This document shows, piece after piece, positions 1 through 8,868 of a stretch of DNA of 64,000 nt. This DNA comes from an uncultured Planctomycetota bacterium (GTDB taxonomy: Bacteria; Planctomycetota; Planctomycetia; Gemmatales; Gemmataceae). The notes beneath the pieces were generated by a model, which saw only the letters and a list, made by a program, of their open reading frames with translations, was not told the origin of the DNA and made no database searches. A program made the position numbers and the translations under genes. Within the stretch, counting starts at the first letter, position 1, and every line of letters begins with the position of its first letter. The stretch spans positions 448,001 through 512,000 of the forward strand of contig CAWKHF010000002.1 in the NCBI GenBank assembly GCA_963849325.1. Reading direction: 5' to 3'.

Positions 1-390
1 CTTCGGTGATGGCGGCGGACTGCCGGGAGCGCGTCAGTATGCTCTCGGTGCTGGCGTGCAGCACTCGCTGGACTCCGGAAGCCAGCGCCGCCTCGATCAC
101 ATTGACCGTCCCGACGTAATTCACCTGCCGGAATAGTCCGCGTTGCTGCACCCACAAGTGCGGGTTGCCGGCCAGGTGATACACCTCCCGACAGTCGCGC
201 ACCGCGCCCGGACGGCTGATTTGTCGCGGATGTCCCCTGGCACCACTTCGATGCGGTCACAAGGAAGGTGGGCGATGGGCGCCTGCGGCAGATCGAGGAC
301 GCGCACCTTCTCGCCGCGCTCGACCAGGAGACGCACCAGATGACTACCGATGAAGCCGGCCCCGCCGGTGACAAGAATGGTGGACTTCAT
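1..390 (-). CDS. NAD-dependent epimerase/dehydratase (HpnA/dihydroflavonol reductase-like SDR); apparent frameshift near 200, runs off window
   Basis: N-terminus ILVTGGAGFIGSHLV (GxxGxxG). The other frame continues VYHLAGNPHLW...VNYVGTVNVIEAA...VLHASTES. Confidence 0.8.
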
Positions 391-414
391 GAATCTGTAA
401 TAGAAGGGTACGCC

Positions 415-1656
415 TTACTTCTTGCGAAATTCAGGATTGAGCTTACCGGCGAGGAGGGTGAATACGTCACGGACCTGCTCGAAGCCGGCTCGAAGGAGAA
501 AGTTCGAGTTGCGCCCGTAGCTTTTGGCACCGAGAATGTAGAAGTTCGGCTCCGGGTTGCGCAGCGTCGCCGCACCCGGCGATGCACCGGCCGGATTCTC
601 CCCGGCGGGTTGCTTGAGCAGGGCGGTCGCCAGGTTCATCGGCCCCAGCGTGGCGTAACATTCGTGGATTTGCAGCTCCCGATATAAGTCAGTGTTGGGC
701 GTGTAACCCACGTTGGCAATCAGGCGATCGGCGTCCCACGTCATGGCCCGACCGGCGCACAGGGCGCGGACCTTGAAGCCGCGATCGGCGCCGGCGCACT
801 CGACGGAGGTCACGACGGTCTGCGGATGAAATTCCACATTGCCGTCGCCGCGTGTGGCGAGTCGGTTAGCGCGGACGGCCAGCTGGTCGCGTTCCTTGAA
901 AGTGTCGTTGACGAAACGCTTGATCGGCTGCGTCCCACTGCCGCGTGCCAGCCAGATGACCCACGAGCCGGGATGCTTCTCCGCCAGCGTCGTCAGGTTG
1001 CAGACCGTGGTGGCCGCGGAGTAGCCGGCGCCGACAACTAGGGTCGTCTTGTCGGCGTAAGTGTTGCGCTTCTCGCCGAGAACGTCTTCCAGCCCCCAGG
1101 CGATGTGCGTCCGAGACGCCATTTCCCCGAAGGCAGGGATACCGCCCTCACCGAGAAAACGCGGTTGGCCGTAGGTGCCCGTGCAGTCGAGCACCACGTC
1201 GGCCTCCTCCATCGTTTCCCGGTTGCCGTGGCGCAGCAGCAACAAGAACGGTTGCTGACCGCGCCGCGCATCGCCAGGAAGGTCTTCCTTAAAGAAGCCG
1301 CGTCGCCCGATGTGCAACACCGTCGTCTCCGCTCGAATGTGCTCGCGCAAGAGCGGCGACTGGGCCAACGGTTCGAGGTAGGCGGCAAGATGTTCGCGGC
1401 CGGTGAGGAGGTCGCCGTCGGCCGGCATCTCGTGACCGGGTTGATCGGCGCGGAGTCGTGCTCGACCCAGGGCCGTGCTGTTCATACCGAAAGGACTGAA
1501 CAAACGGACGTGCCCCCAGAGCTGCAGGTGTTCTCCGACTCGGCCGCGTTCGTAGATGGTGAAGGGGAGTTTCAGCGTGGCCGCCTGAAGAGCGGCTTCC
1601 AGGCCGATCGGACCGGCACCGAGTATGGCGAGGCGAGGTTGATCGCCGCGAGACAT
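415..1656 (-). CDS. FAD-dependent oxidoreductase / flavoprotein monooxygenase-like
   Basis: GAGPIG (FAD) and GAGYSA (NADPH) motifs, DCTGTY, C-terminal GAKSYGR; GGAGG RBS upstream. Confidence 0.8.
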   Translation of the reverse strand: MSRGDQPRLAILGAGPIGLEAALQAATLKLPFTIYERGRVGEHLQLWGHVRLFSPFGMNSTALGRARLRADQPGHEMPADGDLLTGREHLAAYLEPLAQSPLLREHIRAETTVLHIGRRGFFKEDLPGDARRGQQPFLLLLRHGNRETMEEADVVLDCTGTYGQPRFLGEGGIPAFGEMASRTHIAWGLEDVLGEKRNTYADKTTLVVGAGYSAATTVCNLTTLAEKHPGSWVIWLARGSGTQPIKRFVNDTFKERDQLAVRANRLATRGDGNVEFHPQTVVTSVECAGADRGFKVRALCAGRAMTWDADRLIANVGYTPNTDLYRELQIHECYATLGPMNLATALLKQPAGENPAGASPGAATLRNPEPNFYILGAKSYGRNSNFLLRAGFEQVRDVFTLLAGKLNPEFRKK

Positions 1657-1673
1657 GTTGTCCTCCCTGCACG

Positions 1674-1759
1674 AAAAAAGGGACTAGGGACTAGGGACAA
1701 GGGACTGGAGAAGAAGCCTCTTCTTCAGTCCCTTGTCCCTAGTCCCTAGTCCCTTTTTT
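1674..1759. repeat. Inverted heptamer tandem repeat (GGGACTA-type) hairpin with A6/T6 flanks; likely terminator
   Basis: AAAAAAGGGACTAGGGACTAGGGACAAGGGACTG (1674-1707) is the exact reverse complement of 1726-1759. Confidence 0.9.
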
Positions 1760-3082
1760 TCAGACAAATTTCGTCACGCCCGGACGAGCCACTGGCGGGA
1801 CCGGCAGCGACCCGAACTCGTAGGTCGGCGGCGACAGGTCTTCCTTGGAATTCAGCGCCATGTCCCAGGTGATGACCTGGCCGGTATACGTGGCCATGCG
1901 GCCCATGATCGCCATGAGCGTGCTCTTGGCCATCCATTCGCCGTTGTTGATCGGCTTGCCGGCGCGGATGCTGGCGAACAGATCGTCGTGTTCGTTTTGA
2001 TACATGTTCTCGGCATTCCGCCGGCCGCCGCGCGAACGCCAGAGAACATTGCGGCCGGGAACCGAAACGATCGAGCCTTGGGCCGCCAAAGCGTCGATGT
2101 GGCAGGTGCCTATGGTGCCCATAATGTGATCGGACACATCATTGGCACAGCCCTTTTGCTGACGGCAGGCGCTGAACAGCTTGACGCCGTTGGCGTATTC
2201 GTAAGTGACCGTGTGATGGTCGAAGATGTGACCATACTCAGGCTCGGTCCGCACCTGCCGGCCTCCGCTGCCGACGGCGCTGACGGGATATTCGTTTTTC
2301 ATCGCCCAGGCCATCTTGTCGAGGCTGTGGACATGCTGCTCGACATTGAAATCGCCAGACAGCCAGGTGAAGTACAGCCAGTTGCGCAGCTGCCATTCCA
2401 TGTCGCTCCAGCCAGGTTGCCTTTCGCGCTTCCACAAGGGTCCGATGTTGTAGGTACATTGAAGGGCGGTTATGTCGCCGATCGTGCCTTCGTGAACGCG
2501 CTTCATCGTCTCCTGCATGCCGTGGTGATAGCGCCAGCACAGGCCGGCTACGACCGCGAGGTTCTTCGCCTTGGCTTCCGCGCAGGCTTTCAGTACGGCG
2601 CGGACGCCGGGTCCATCAACGGCGCACGGCTTCTCGGCGAAGATGTGCTTGCCCGCCTCAACCGCCGCCTGGAGATGGATCGGCCGGAAGTGCGGAGGCG
2701 TTGTCAGCAGTACCACGTCCACCAGCGGAATGACCTGCTTGTAAGCGTTGAAGCCGGTGAAACAGCATTCCGGCTCGACCTCGACGCGGCTGCCGACGGT
2801 CTTACTTTTCTGGAGGCGTGTCAGGCTGTCTTGCAGACGGTCGGAAAACATGTCGCCCATGGCGACGAGCTTCGTGTTCTTGTCGGCGGTCAGCGCCTGC
2901 TCGGCGGCGCCGGTGCCTCGGCTGCCGCAGCCGATCAGGCCGATGCGGAGGACGTCGCTGCCGCCGGCGTGGACGTTAGGGGCCAGCGAGGTAAACGTGG
3001 CGGCGGCGGCCGCCGCCGCGGCGCCGGCCAGGAAATCGCGCCGCGTGGCCGCGGCTTTCGTCGAGGAGGTTTCGTGCGTCAA
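1760..3082 (-). CDS. Tat-exported Gfo/Idh/MocA family oxidoreductase
   Basis: TRRDFL twin-arginine signal, IGLIGCGSRG, EKP motif; TTG start after AGGAG RBS. Confidence 0.9.
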   Translation of the reverse strand: MTHETSSTKAAATRRDFLAGAAAAAAAATFTSLAPNVHAGGSDVLRIGLIGCGSRGTGAAEQALTADKNTKLVAMGDMFSDRLQDSLTRLQKSKTVGSRVEVEPECCFTGFNAYKQVIPLVDVVLLTTPPHFRPIHLQAAVEAGKHIFAEKPCAVDGPGVRAVLKACAEAKAKNLAVVAGLCWRYHHGMQETMKRVHEGTIGDITALQCTYNIGPLWKRERQPGWSDMEWQLRNWLYFTWLSGDFNVEQHVHSLDKMAWAMKNEYPVSAVGSGGRQVRTEPEYGHIFDHHTVTYEYANGVKLFSACRQQKGCANDVSDHIMGTIGTCHIDALAAQGSIVSVPGRNVLWRSRGGRRNAENMYQNEHDDLFASIRAGKPINNGEWMAKSTLMAIMGRMATYTGQVITWDMALNSKEDLSPPTYEFGSLPVPPVARPGVTKFV

Positions 3083-3162
3083 GGTCGGATCTCCTATTGC
3101 GGAGGGAGGAAGGCGAGGCAAGCCATCGTAGATTGTATTAGGCGCATCCGGGCCTGTCCCTG

Positions 3163-4710
3163 TCAAGGATTGGCCTCTGCTTCGCCGCGCGGAAAGATCT
3201 CCCCAGCGAGGCGAGCGGCCTCCCTCGCCGTGGCGAGGAGCTGGTGAAAGACTTTACGGACCTTGCTCTCATCGATCTCGGCGCGGAGGCAGCGCAGCAG
3301 GGCGACCCCGTGGGCCTCGGCCAGCTGCCCGGCCACGGCGGGCAACAGCCACTCCTCGATACCATATACCTTCCCGGCCATCGTACAGATGGGAACCACT
3401 CCCGTCGCGTAGGCGCCGACTTGCTCCCACACCGCCGCCAGCGCTTGCTGGATGTTCTCTTCTTTGCGGCGAGACGGCTGCCGCCAGTCGTAGGGGGGCG
3501 ACCACTCCAGGGCCGGCGAAAGCAGATCAATGTGTGTCACCACGACGAGCAGAGGCGGTTGCTTCAACTCCGGGTGGGAGGCGAACCATTCTCGCAGCTC
3601 GTGCAGCACTTGCACGTCGGCTTGCCGGGCCGGGTTGCGCGCGTGCAGTACCAACAGCATCAAGTCCGACTGCCGGGCGCTGTCGCAGGTCACGGCGAGT
3701 TGATCGGCCTTGGCCCCCTCGTGTCCGTAACCGACCGTATCGAGAAGGACCAAATCGGCAGGGACGCCCTGGGGGTGCAAGTGATACCGCGTCACTCCCG
3801 CAGTCGCCGGCAGCACGTCCGTCAGAGCCTGTTGCTCACCGAGCAAGGCGTTGATGAGGCTGGATTTCCCCGCCTTCACCTGCCCGAGTACCGTCACCGT
3901 TACCTGGCGGGCGGACGGCGCCGGTTGAGTTGTCGTAGGCTGTGCGGCGCTCGGGAGCAACTCGCGGAAGCGGTCGGCGCCGATTCGGAGCCGGCCGCTG
4001 TTCAGCTCCACCAGATACGTTCCGAGGCGATGGACGTAGGCGGTGTAAAACCACAGGATCAAGTTCTGTTGCAGCATTTGCCAGGGCTGCGACAGACCCA
4101 GCTTCGACGCGGTAAAACGCGCTCCCGTTTCCAGGGGCGAGAACAGGGCCGTGATCGCCCAGTACACGTTGCTTGCCGGCTGATACCAGTCGAGGGCCTT
4201 CTTGGCGCGGCGCCAGTCCTTGATGGTCAGCAGATGGCCGCCGGGTACGTAGCGATCCACCAACTCCGCGAGATCGTGCGCGGCCAACTCAATGACGGCC
4301 AGGATTTCCGGCACGGTCAAGTTGGAGATGGGATCGCTTGTCCCCGGATGATAGAAGACGGCCAACTCGGCAGCCATTTCCTCCGCCGTGGTCAGATAAT
4401 GGCCCAGATTGCTCATTTTCTCCGTCGGCAGGGAATTGGCCGCCTCCGCCCGCGCCTCGACCAAGCGCCAGGCTTGCTGGTCGCGCTCGGTCCAGTGGCG
4501 GGGGGCACTGAAATCGGGGGGATGCAGCAGCACGCGCTTGCGCTGCCAGTACCAGCCAAGGGTGTAGCCGAGTCCCACGCACAGGGCCAGAGGCCACCAG
4601 GCGAAGAATCCCCAGCGCAGCGTCCATAGATAGTAGGAACCGGCGCCTGCCAGGAACAGGAAAGGTACGACCGTTAGGCCAATTACCAGCAGGATACGCC
4701 AGCGGCTCAT
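3163..4710 (-). CDS. Membrane-anchored P-loop GTPase (Era/YeeP-like G domain)
   Basis: Two N-terminal TM segments; G1 GQVKAGKSS, G3 DTVG, G4-like THID. Confidence 0.8.
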   Translation of the reverse strand: MSRWRILLVIGLTVVPFLFLAGAGSYYLWTLRWGFFAWWPLALCVGLGYTLGWYWQRKRVLLHPPDFSAPRHWTERDQQAWRLVEARAEAANSLPTEKMSNLGHYLTTAEEMAAELAVFYHPGTSDPISNLTVPEILAVIELAAHDLAELVDRYVPGGHLLTIKDWRRAKKALDWYQPASNVYWAITALFSPLETGARFTASKLGLSQPWQMLQQNLILWFYTAYVHRLGTYLVELNSGRLRIGADRFRELLPSAAQPTTTQPAPSARQVTVTVLGQVKAGKSSLINALLGEQQALTDVLPATAGVTRYHLHPQGVPADLVLLDTVGYGHEGAKADQLAVTCDSARQSDLMLLVLHARNPARQADVQVLHELREWFASHPELKQPPLLVVVTHIDLLSPALEWSPPYDWRQPSRRKEENIQQALAAVWEQVGAYATGVVPICTMAGKVYGIEEWLLPAVAGQLAEAHGVALLRCLRAEIDESKVRKVFHQLLATAREAARLAGEIFPRGEAEANP

Positions 4711-4730
4711 GGGGCGAGCCTCCCTCGGTG

Positions 4731-5917
4731 TCAGGACTTGTTCGTCTTCCAGGCTTGCTCGGCGCGGGTGAGTTGGCCGCGGTAATAGCGACGCAACTCC
4801 TCCGGTTGCGGTACGTGGCCCTGGTGGACGGCCTGGTAGTAAAAACAGAACGCCTTGCCCAGCGCGAAGGTGGATGCACTGGCCAGGGCGCTGCTGGCCA
4901 TCGTACCCAGCACCGGCCCGACATAAGGGACGTACTTGAGCAGCAGCCGCGAACCCTGCCGCAACAACATGCCCAGGCCGAGCGTGCTGGCGATCTCCAG
5001 GAAACGCGGTGCGGTCAGAGGTTGGCCGTACAGCTGCGCCAGGTGATATACCATCCGCGACTGAATGCCGGACAGCAGGACCAGATCGACGATAGGCACC
5101 GGCATGGCGCCGGCGCTGCCGGCGAGGGTGCTGTAACCGACGATGTACGGCAGCGCCTGCCGGGCGTAGAAGTCTTGCAAGTCGCGGCTGGCCTCTCCCA
5201 GCGAGAGCAAGGTCTGGCGGTAGGCTGCGGGCAGTAATTCGAGCAGTGCATCGCGCAGCGGCGCTCCGCCGTAGTCGGGATCGTTAAAGCCTTCCTCGGC
5301 CGTCGTCAGGTCCACCGCGACGACGCGATCGATCAGACCCTCGAAACGCCGGCGCTGTTCCGCGAGGCTGCGCAACAGATCAGACGGCAGGGCAGGGGAG
5401 TCGGTCCTCGGTTCGGCGTTTGGCCCGAAAGGGTAGGGGAGGGGGTGCTGCTGTTGCGGATACGCTTCGTGCAGGCACGTCAGCACCAGCAGCACCGGCC
5501 GAGCGACCTTCGCCGCGCGGATGGTGCGCAGGTGCGTCAGGACGTTCGCCTGAGCATGATCCAACGCCTTGACGGTGACGATCAACACCTGCGCCTGGTC
5601 GTTGAACGCGCGAGATCCTCGGCCGGATCGTAGCCCGGCTCATCGAGTCCGCGCGTGTCGAGAAAGGTGAGCAGCGGCGCCTCCCGCAGCGGAAACTGGT
5701 ACTGACGCGAGAAGCGCGTGCAGGGTTGAAAACCCTTACCGATCTCGGCGGATTCGGCGCCGGTCAGCGATCGGATCAGCGACGTTTTGCCGCTTTGGGT
5801 CTTGCCCAGCAGCCAGAAGACCGGCACGGGCATCTGTTGCCGCAGTCGTTCGAGGTACTCCTGCAAGCGCGACTCCCGCGCCGAGGCCGAAAATAGGTGC
5901 TTGATGCGCTCGAACAT
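4731..5917 (-). CDS. GTPase with C-terminal YcjF/DUF697-like membrane domain; frameshift near 5600
   Basis: G1 GKTQSGKTS, G3 DTRG. C-terminal AGAMPVPIVDLVLLSGIQSRMVYHLAQLYG is typical of DUF697. Confidence 0.75.
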
Positions 5918-6177
5918 CACGCGATCTCGGCGACCAAGCGGGACCGCATCGGCCTGATGGGAGGGCGAAACGGCGCCGCTTGAGGGGACTGGGGCCTTCA
6001 CGGACTTTATTGTAAGCACCCTCCGCCGCCCAGTGTCCAGAAGCGCGGCGAATCTCGAATTGAAGGCGACAGATCGTCTTGACGCGCCTGGGGGAATGGG
6101 CTATGTCCGCAGGTGTTTGGGGGGACGACCGCCGGCACCGAGCGGCGGAGGGACCGATTCGGAACGAGGGCAGAGGC

Positions 6178-7065
6178 ATGGCGGAATCCTATTCCCGTAA
6201 GCTGCAACTCTGGGAAGGCTGGATGCCGGCGCTCGTCAAGGGGCCGTCGCCGCCCGTACTCGGCGAGCGCGTTTTGGCCGGACCGCAGCACGTCCCCGAG
6301 TTCGCCGACCGCCTCTACGCCGGCGAGACGCTGCACGCCAATGGCCGTCTCCCGGAAGGGGCGGCGCCGTTCACCTTGCAATGGTTCCTCGACATCGAGA
6401 ACGCCCGCCACAGCCGGCAGGGCCGCTGGATTCCGCGTCTCCTGGAGTTCGCCAAGCACGGCGGAGAGACACTCCTGGGCCTGGGCAATGGTCTGGGCAC
6501 CGACTGGATTCAATACGCCCGCCACGGTGCCGATGTCATCGCTTGCTCTCCTTCCGCCGAACAACTCACCCTGATTCAGCGCAATTTCGAGCTGCGTGGT
6601 CTCCGCGGCGTCTTCCTGCACGCCAATCCGCGGGCCATCCCCCTCGAATCGGCCTCGATCGACGTGGTGTGTGTGACCAATCTCTTGCAGGACATTCCCG
6701 ATCCGCCGAGTGTCATTGAGGAGATTTATCGCCTGCTCAAACCCGGCGGCAAGGTGCTGGCCGTTACGCCGGCTCGTTACGACATCGATTTCTGGCGCCG
6801 CCGCTTTCTGCCCTGGCACGCCTGGTTGCGCTCGCGGCGCAGGCCAACCCTGCCGGCGGCTGCCTGCAGCGGTCGAGGTCTCCGTCAGCAGTTCAGCCGG
6901 TTTGTCGAAGCGCGTGTCTACAAGCGTCACCTGCGCCGCTCCGAGGTGCCCCATCTGTGGCGGTGGATGCCGCATCCGCTCCTGGAACGGCTGTTCGGAC
7001 GAGTCCTGGTCATCAAGGCTTTCAAACCCCTGAGTGCCGCGACCGCGGTGCAGATGGCCGCATAA
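6178..7065 (+). CDS. Class I SAM-dependent methyltransferase
   Basis: LGLGNGLGTD motif I-like, IPLESASIDVV, EIYRLLKPGGK. Confidence 0.8.
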   Translation: MAESYSRKLQLWEGWMPALVKGPSPPVLGERVLAGPQHVPEFADRLYAGETLHANGRLPEGAAPFTLQWFLDIENARHSRQGRWIPRLLEFAKHGGETLLGLGNGLGTDWIQYARHGADVIACSPSAEQLTLIQRNFELRGLRGVFLHANPRAIPLESASIDVVCVTNLLQDIPDPPSVIEEIYRLLKPGGKVLAVTPARYDIDFWRRRFLPWHAWLRSRRRPTLPAAACSGRGLRQQFSRFVEARVYKRHLRRSEVPHLWRWMPHPLLERLFGRVLVIKAFKPLSAATAVQMAA

Positions 7066-7069
7066 ACCT

Positions 7070-7151
7070 GAATAGGGAATAGGGAATAGGGAATAGGGAA
7101 TAGAGGCGAGAAATGACGGTCCCTATTCCCTATTCCCTATTCCCTATTCCC
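7070..7151. repeat. Inverted heptamer tandem repeat (GAATAGG)n / (CCCTATT)n
   Basis: About 5 copies at 7070-7103 and about 4 inverted copies at 7121-7151, directly after the stop codon. Confidence 0.9.
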
Positions 7152-7157
7152 TCTCTT

Positions 7158-7436
7158 GGAAAACACAGCAGGCCCACGAACCGAAGTTCGTGGGCCTGTG
7201 CGTTGGGATAAACTCGAGGTAGTGGCTCCCAGCGCGAGGTGGCGACTCAACGCGAGCGCCACCCAGCCACTACCTCGATGGCTCAGAGTCGGAGCGCCTG
7301 TCTGACTGAACCCTAGCCGACACCGGAGGGACCAGCAAGGCGATAGATCGAGTTGGAGTCTCTTTTCCGGCATCTAGAGTTCCGAAGGTGACGGTTGCGT
7401 CAGCTGGCCCGATTGCAGGGATCGCAACGGCCACCT
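7158..7436 (-). ncRNA. Candidate structured non-coding RNA with terminator-like end; family unknown, strand tentative
   Basis: Four consecutive stems (7169-7198, 7214-7278, 7309-7381, 7386-7436). The last minus-strand stem has a C(UUCG)G loop followed by a U-rich tail. No credible ORF. Confidence 0.4.
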
Positions 7437-7459
7437 GCTAGCACGGAGTATTCCGCATC

Positions 7460-7819
7460 ATGCCGCGTTTCGTCATTTTGGAACACGATCATCCGTTGCT
7501 GCACTGGGACTTCATGCTGGACTCGGGAGCGGCCTTGAGGACGTGGCGGTTGGCGACGTCACCCCGCACCGGCGAGGCAATCGACGCCCTCGCCATTTTC
7601 GATCATCGCTTGATGTACCTGGATTACGAAGGCCCCATCCACGGAGATCGCGGCCGGGTCGTCCGCTGGGAGCACGGCACATTTGACTGGGAGATTCAGG
7701 AAGCGGACCGGATTGTGGTGCGTCTGCACGGTGAACAGCTGCGGGGTGTTCTGCGGTTGGAACAGGTGACGGAGGACAACTGGCGCGGCGCGTTTCTGGC
7801 TGACACGCCCGACTCGTGA
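7460..7819 (+). CDS. Stand-alone LigD-type 3'-phosphoesterase domain protein
   Basis: RFVILEH..PLLHWDFML, TWRL, DHRLMYLDYEGPI..DRG.V..WE.G motifs. Confidence 0.8.
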   Translation: MPRFVILEHDHPLLHWDFMLDSGAALRTWRLATSPRTGEAIDALAIFDHRLMYLDYEGPIHGDRGRVVRWEHGTFDWEIQEADRIVVRLHGEQLRGVLRLEQVTEDNWRGAFLADTPDS

Positions 7820-7855
7820 ACAGGGCAGGGGAGAGGGGAGCGGAGCCTTCTGGAA

Positions 7856-8590
7856 TCAATCGGTCTGGAACTTGAAACCGAGAAGGGGGTTGGCCAGGAA
7901 CGCCCGCAGCGATGCCGGATCCTTGGTGCGGCCCTGGATGTGGATGGCCCCCTGGTCCAGTTTGATCAGCTCCAGTTCCAGGGTCGGGTGAGGCTGTTCG
8001 GCCTGGAAGCGGAGCAGAGCGACGGGGAAACCCTCATCTCGATACCAATCCACGCCGATGCCGTTGTCCTGGCAGGTCTTGGTGATGTTCTCCAACAGCG
8101 ATTGCGCCGAGATCGGCAGGGCGCCGGCGTGAAAGCCCACCAGTTTCAGGGCGACGACATTCGGCTCGCCTTTGACCAGCCACAGGCGCAGGTCGATGGA
8201 GATGACGGTACTCCATAGACCACTGCCGTAGCGGAAGGCCACGCGAACCTTGTCCGGTTCAATGACGAGGCGCGGTTGGCTGATGCCCTCGGGCAGCAGT
8301 TGTTTGTCGAGTCGGGTCTGCACGAAATGCTCGGCCAGGTAACTGTTGATCTCGCCGTCACTGAAACAATGTCCCCATTCTTGATCGTCATGGTCGGTGA
8401 CGGAGTTGAGCAGCTTCATCAATTCGCGTTGGCACTTCTCCGAGAGTTGGTGCCGCGTTTCGCCGGGAGGCACGGCCGCCCGCAGATACAGACGCGGTTC
8501 GTAGCGGACCAGCATCCACAAAGTCGTGCCCACCCCGCAGGTCAGGCAGAAGAAAATGCCGATTGCCAGGAAAAACGATCGACGACTCAT
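7856..8590 (-). CDS. Hypothetical protein with N-terminal membrane anchor
   Basis: 244-aa ORF with a hydrophobic N-terminus and globular composition. Confidence 0.65.
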   Translation of the reverse strand: MSRRSFFLAIGIFFCLTCGVGTTLWMLVRYEPRLYLRAAVPPGETRHQLSEKCQRELMKLLNSVTDHDDQEWGHCFSDGEINSYLAEHFVQTRLDKQLLPEGISQPRLVIEPDKVRVAFRYGSGLWSTVISIDLRLWLVKGEPNVVALKLVGFHAGALPISAQSLLENITKTCQDNGIGVDWYRDEGFPVALLRFQAEQPHPTLELELIKLDQGAIHIQGRTKDPASLRAFLANPLLGFKFQTD

Positions 8591-8689
8591 CCGTGGGCCT
8601 CCTGCCGAACGAAGCGGCCGCGCTCCGTCGATTGCGGAGCGACCCGCGGACGGGATAATCTATCTTCGGAAAAAGATCAACGGCGACCT

Positions 8690-8868
8690 CGCTGCCTTCC
8701 GGCGACTGCGGATGACAAGGTGACAAGGTGACAAGGTGACAAGGTGACAAGGTGACAAGGTGACAAGGTGAAGAGAGGAAAACGAGGAGGGGTGGCAGAC
8801 TGCGAAGACTGTCACCCCTCATCCTGTCACCTTGTCACCTTGTCATCCGCAGTCGCCGGAAGGCAGCG
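8690..8868. repeat. Inverted repeat: (TGACAAGG)x7 plus an inverted copy of the neighbouring gene's last 26 nt
   Basis: 8690-8715 is the reverse complement of 8843-8868. Octamer array at 8713-8768; degenerate inverted array at about 8810-8845. Confidence 0.9.

Noticed and set aside
1733-3247. Long antisense or alternative-frame ORFs (e.g. 1733-3247, 8768-10288, 16744-19044, 39015-40481, 49986-51461, 55836-57614)
   Set aside because: These are shadows of real genes, expected in high-GC DNA, with no recognisable motifs.
7460-7819. NHEJ system
   Set aside because: Only the phosphoesterase domain is present, with no Ku or ligase nearby. Stand-alone PE proteins are already known.
8713-8768. Short tandem arrays as a CRISPR array
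   Set aside because: Units are 7-9 nt with no unique spacers, and no cas genes are present.
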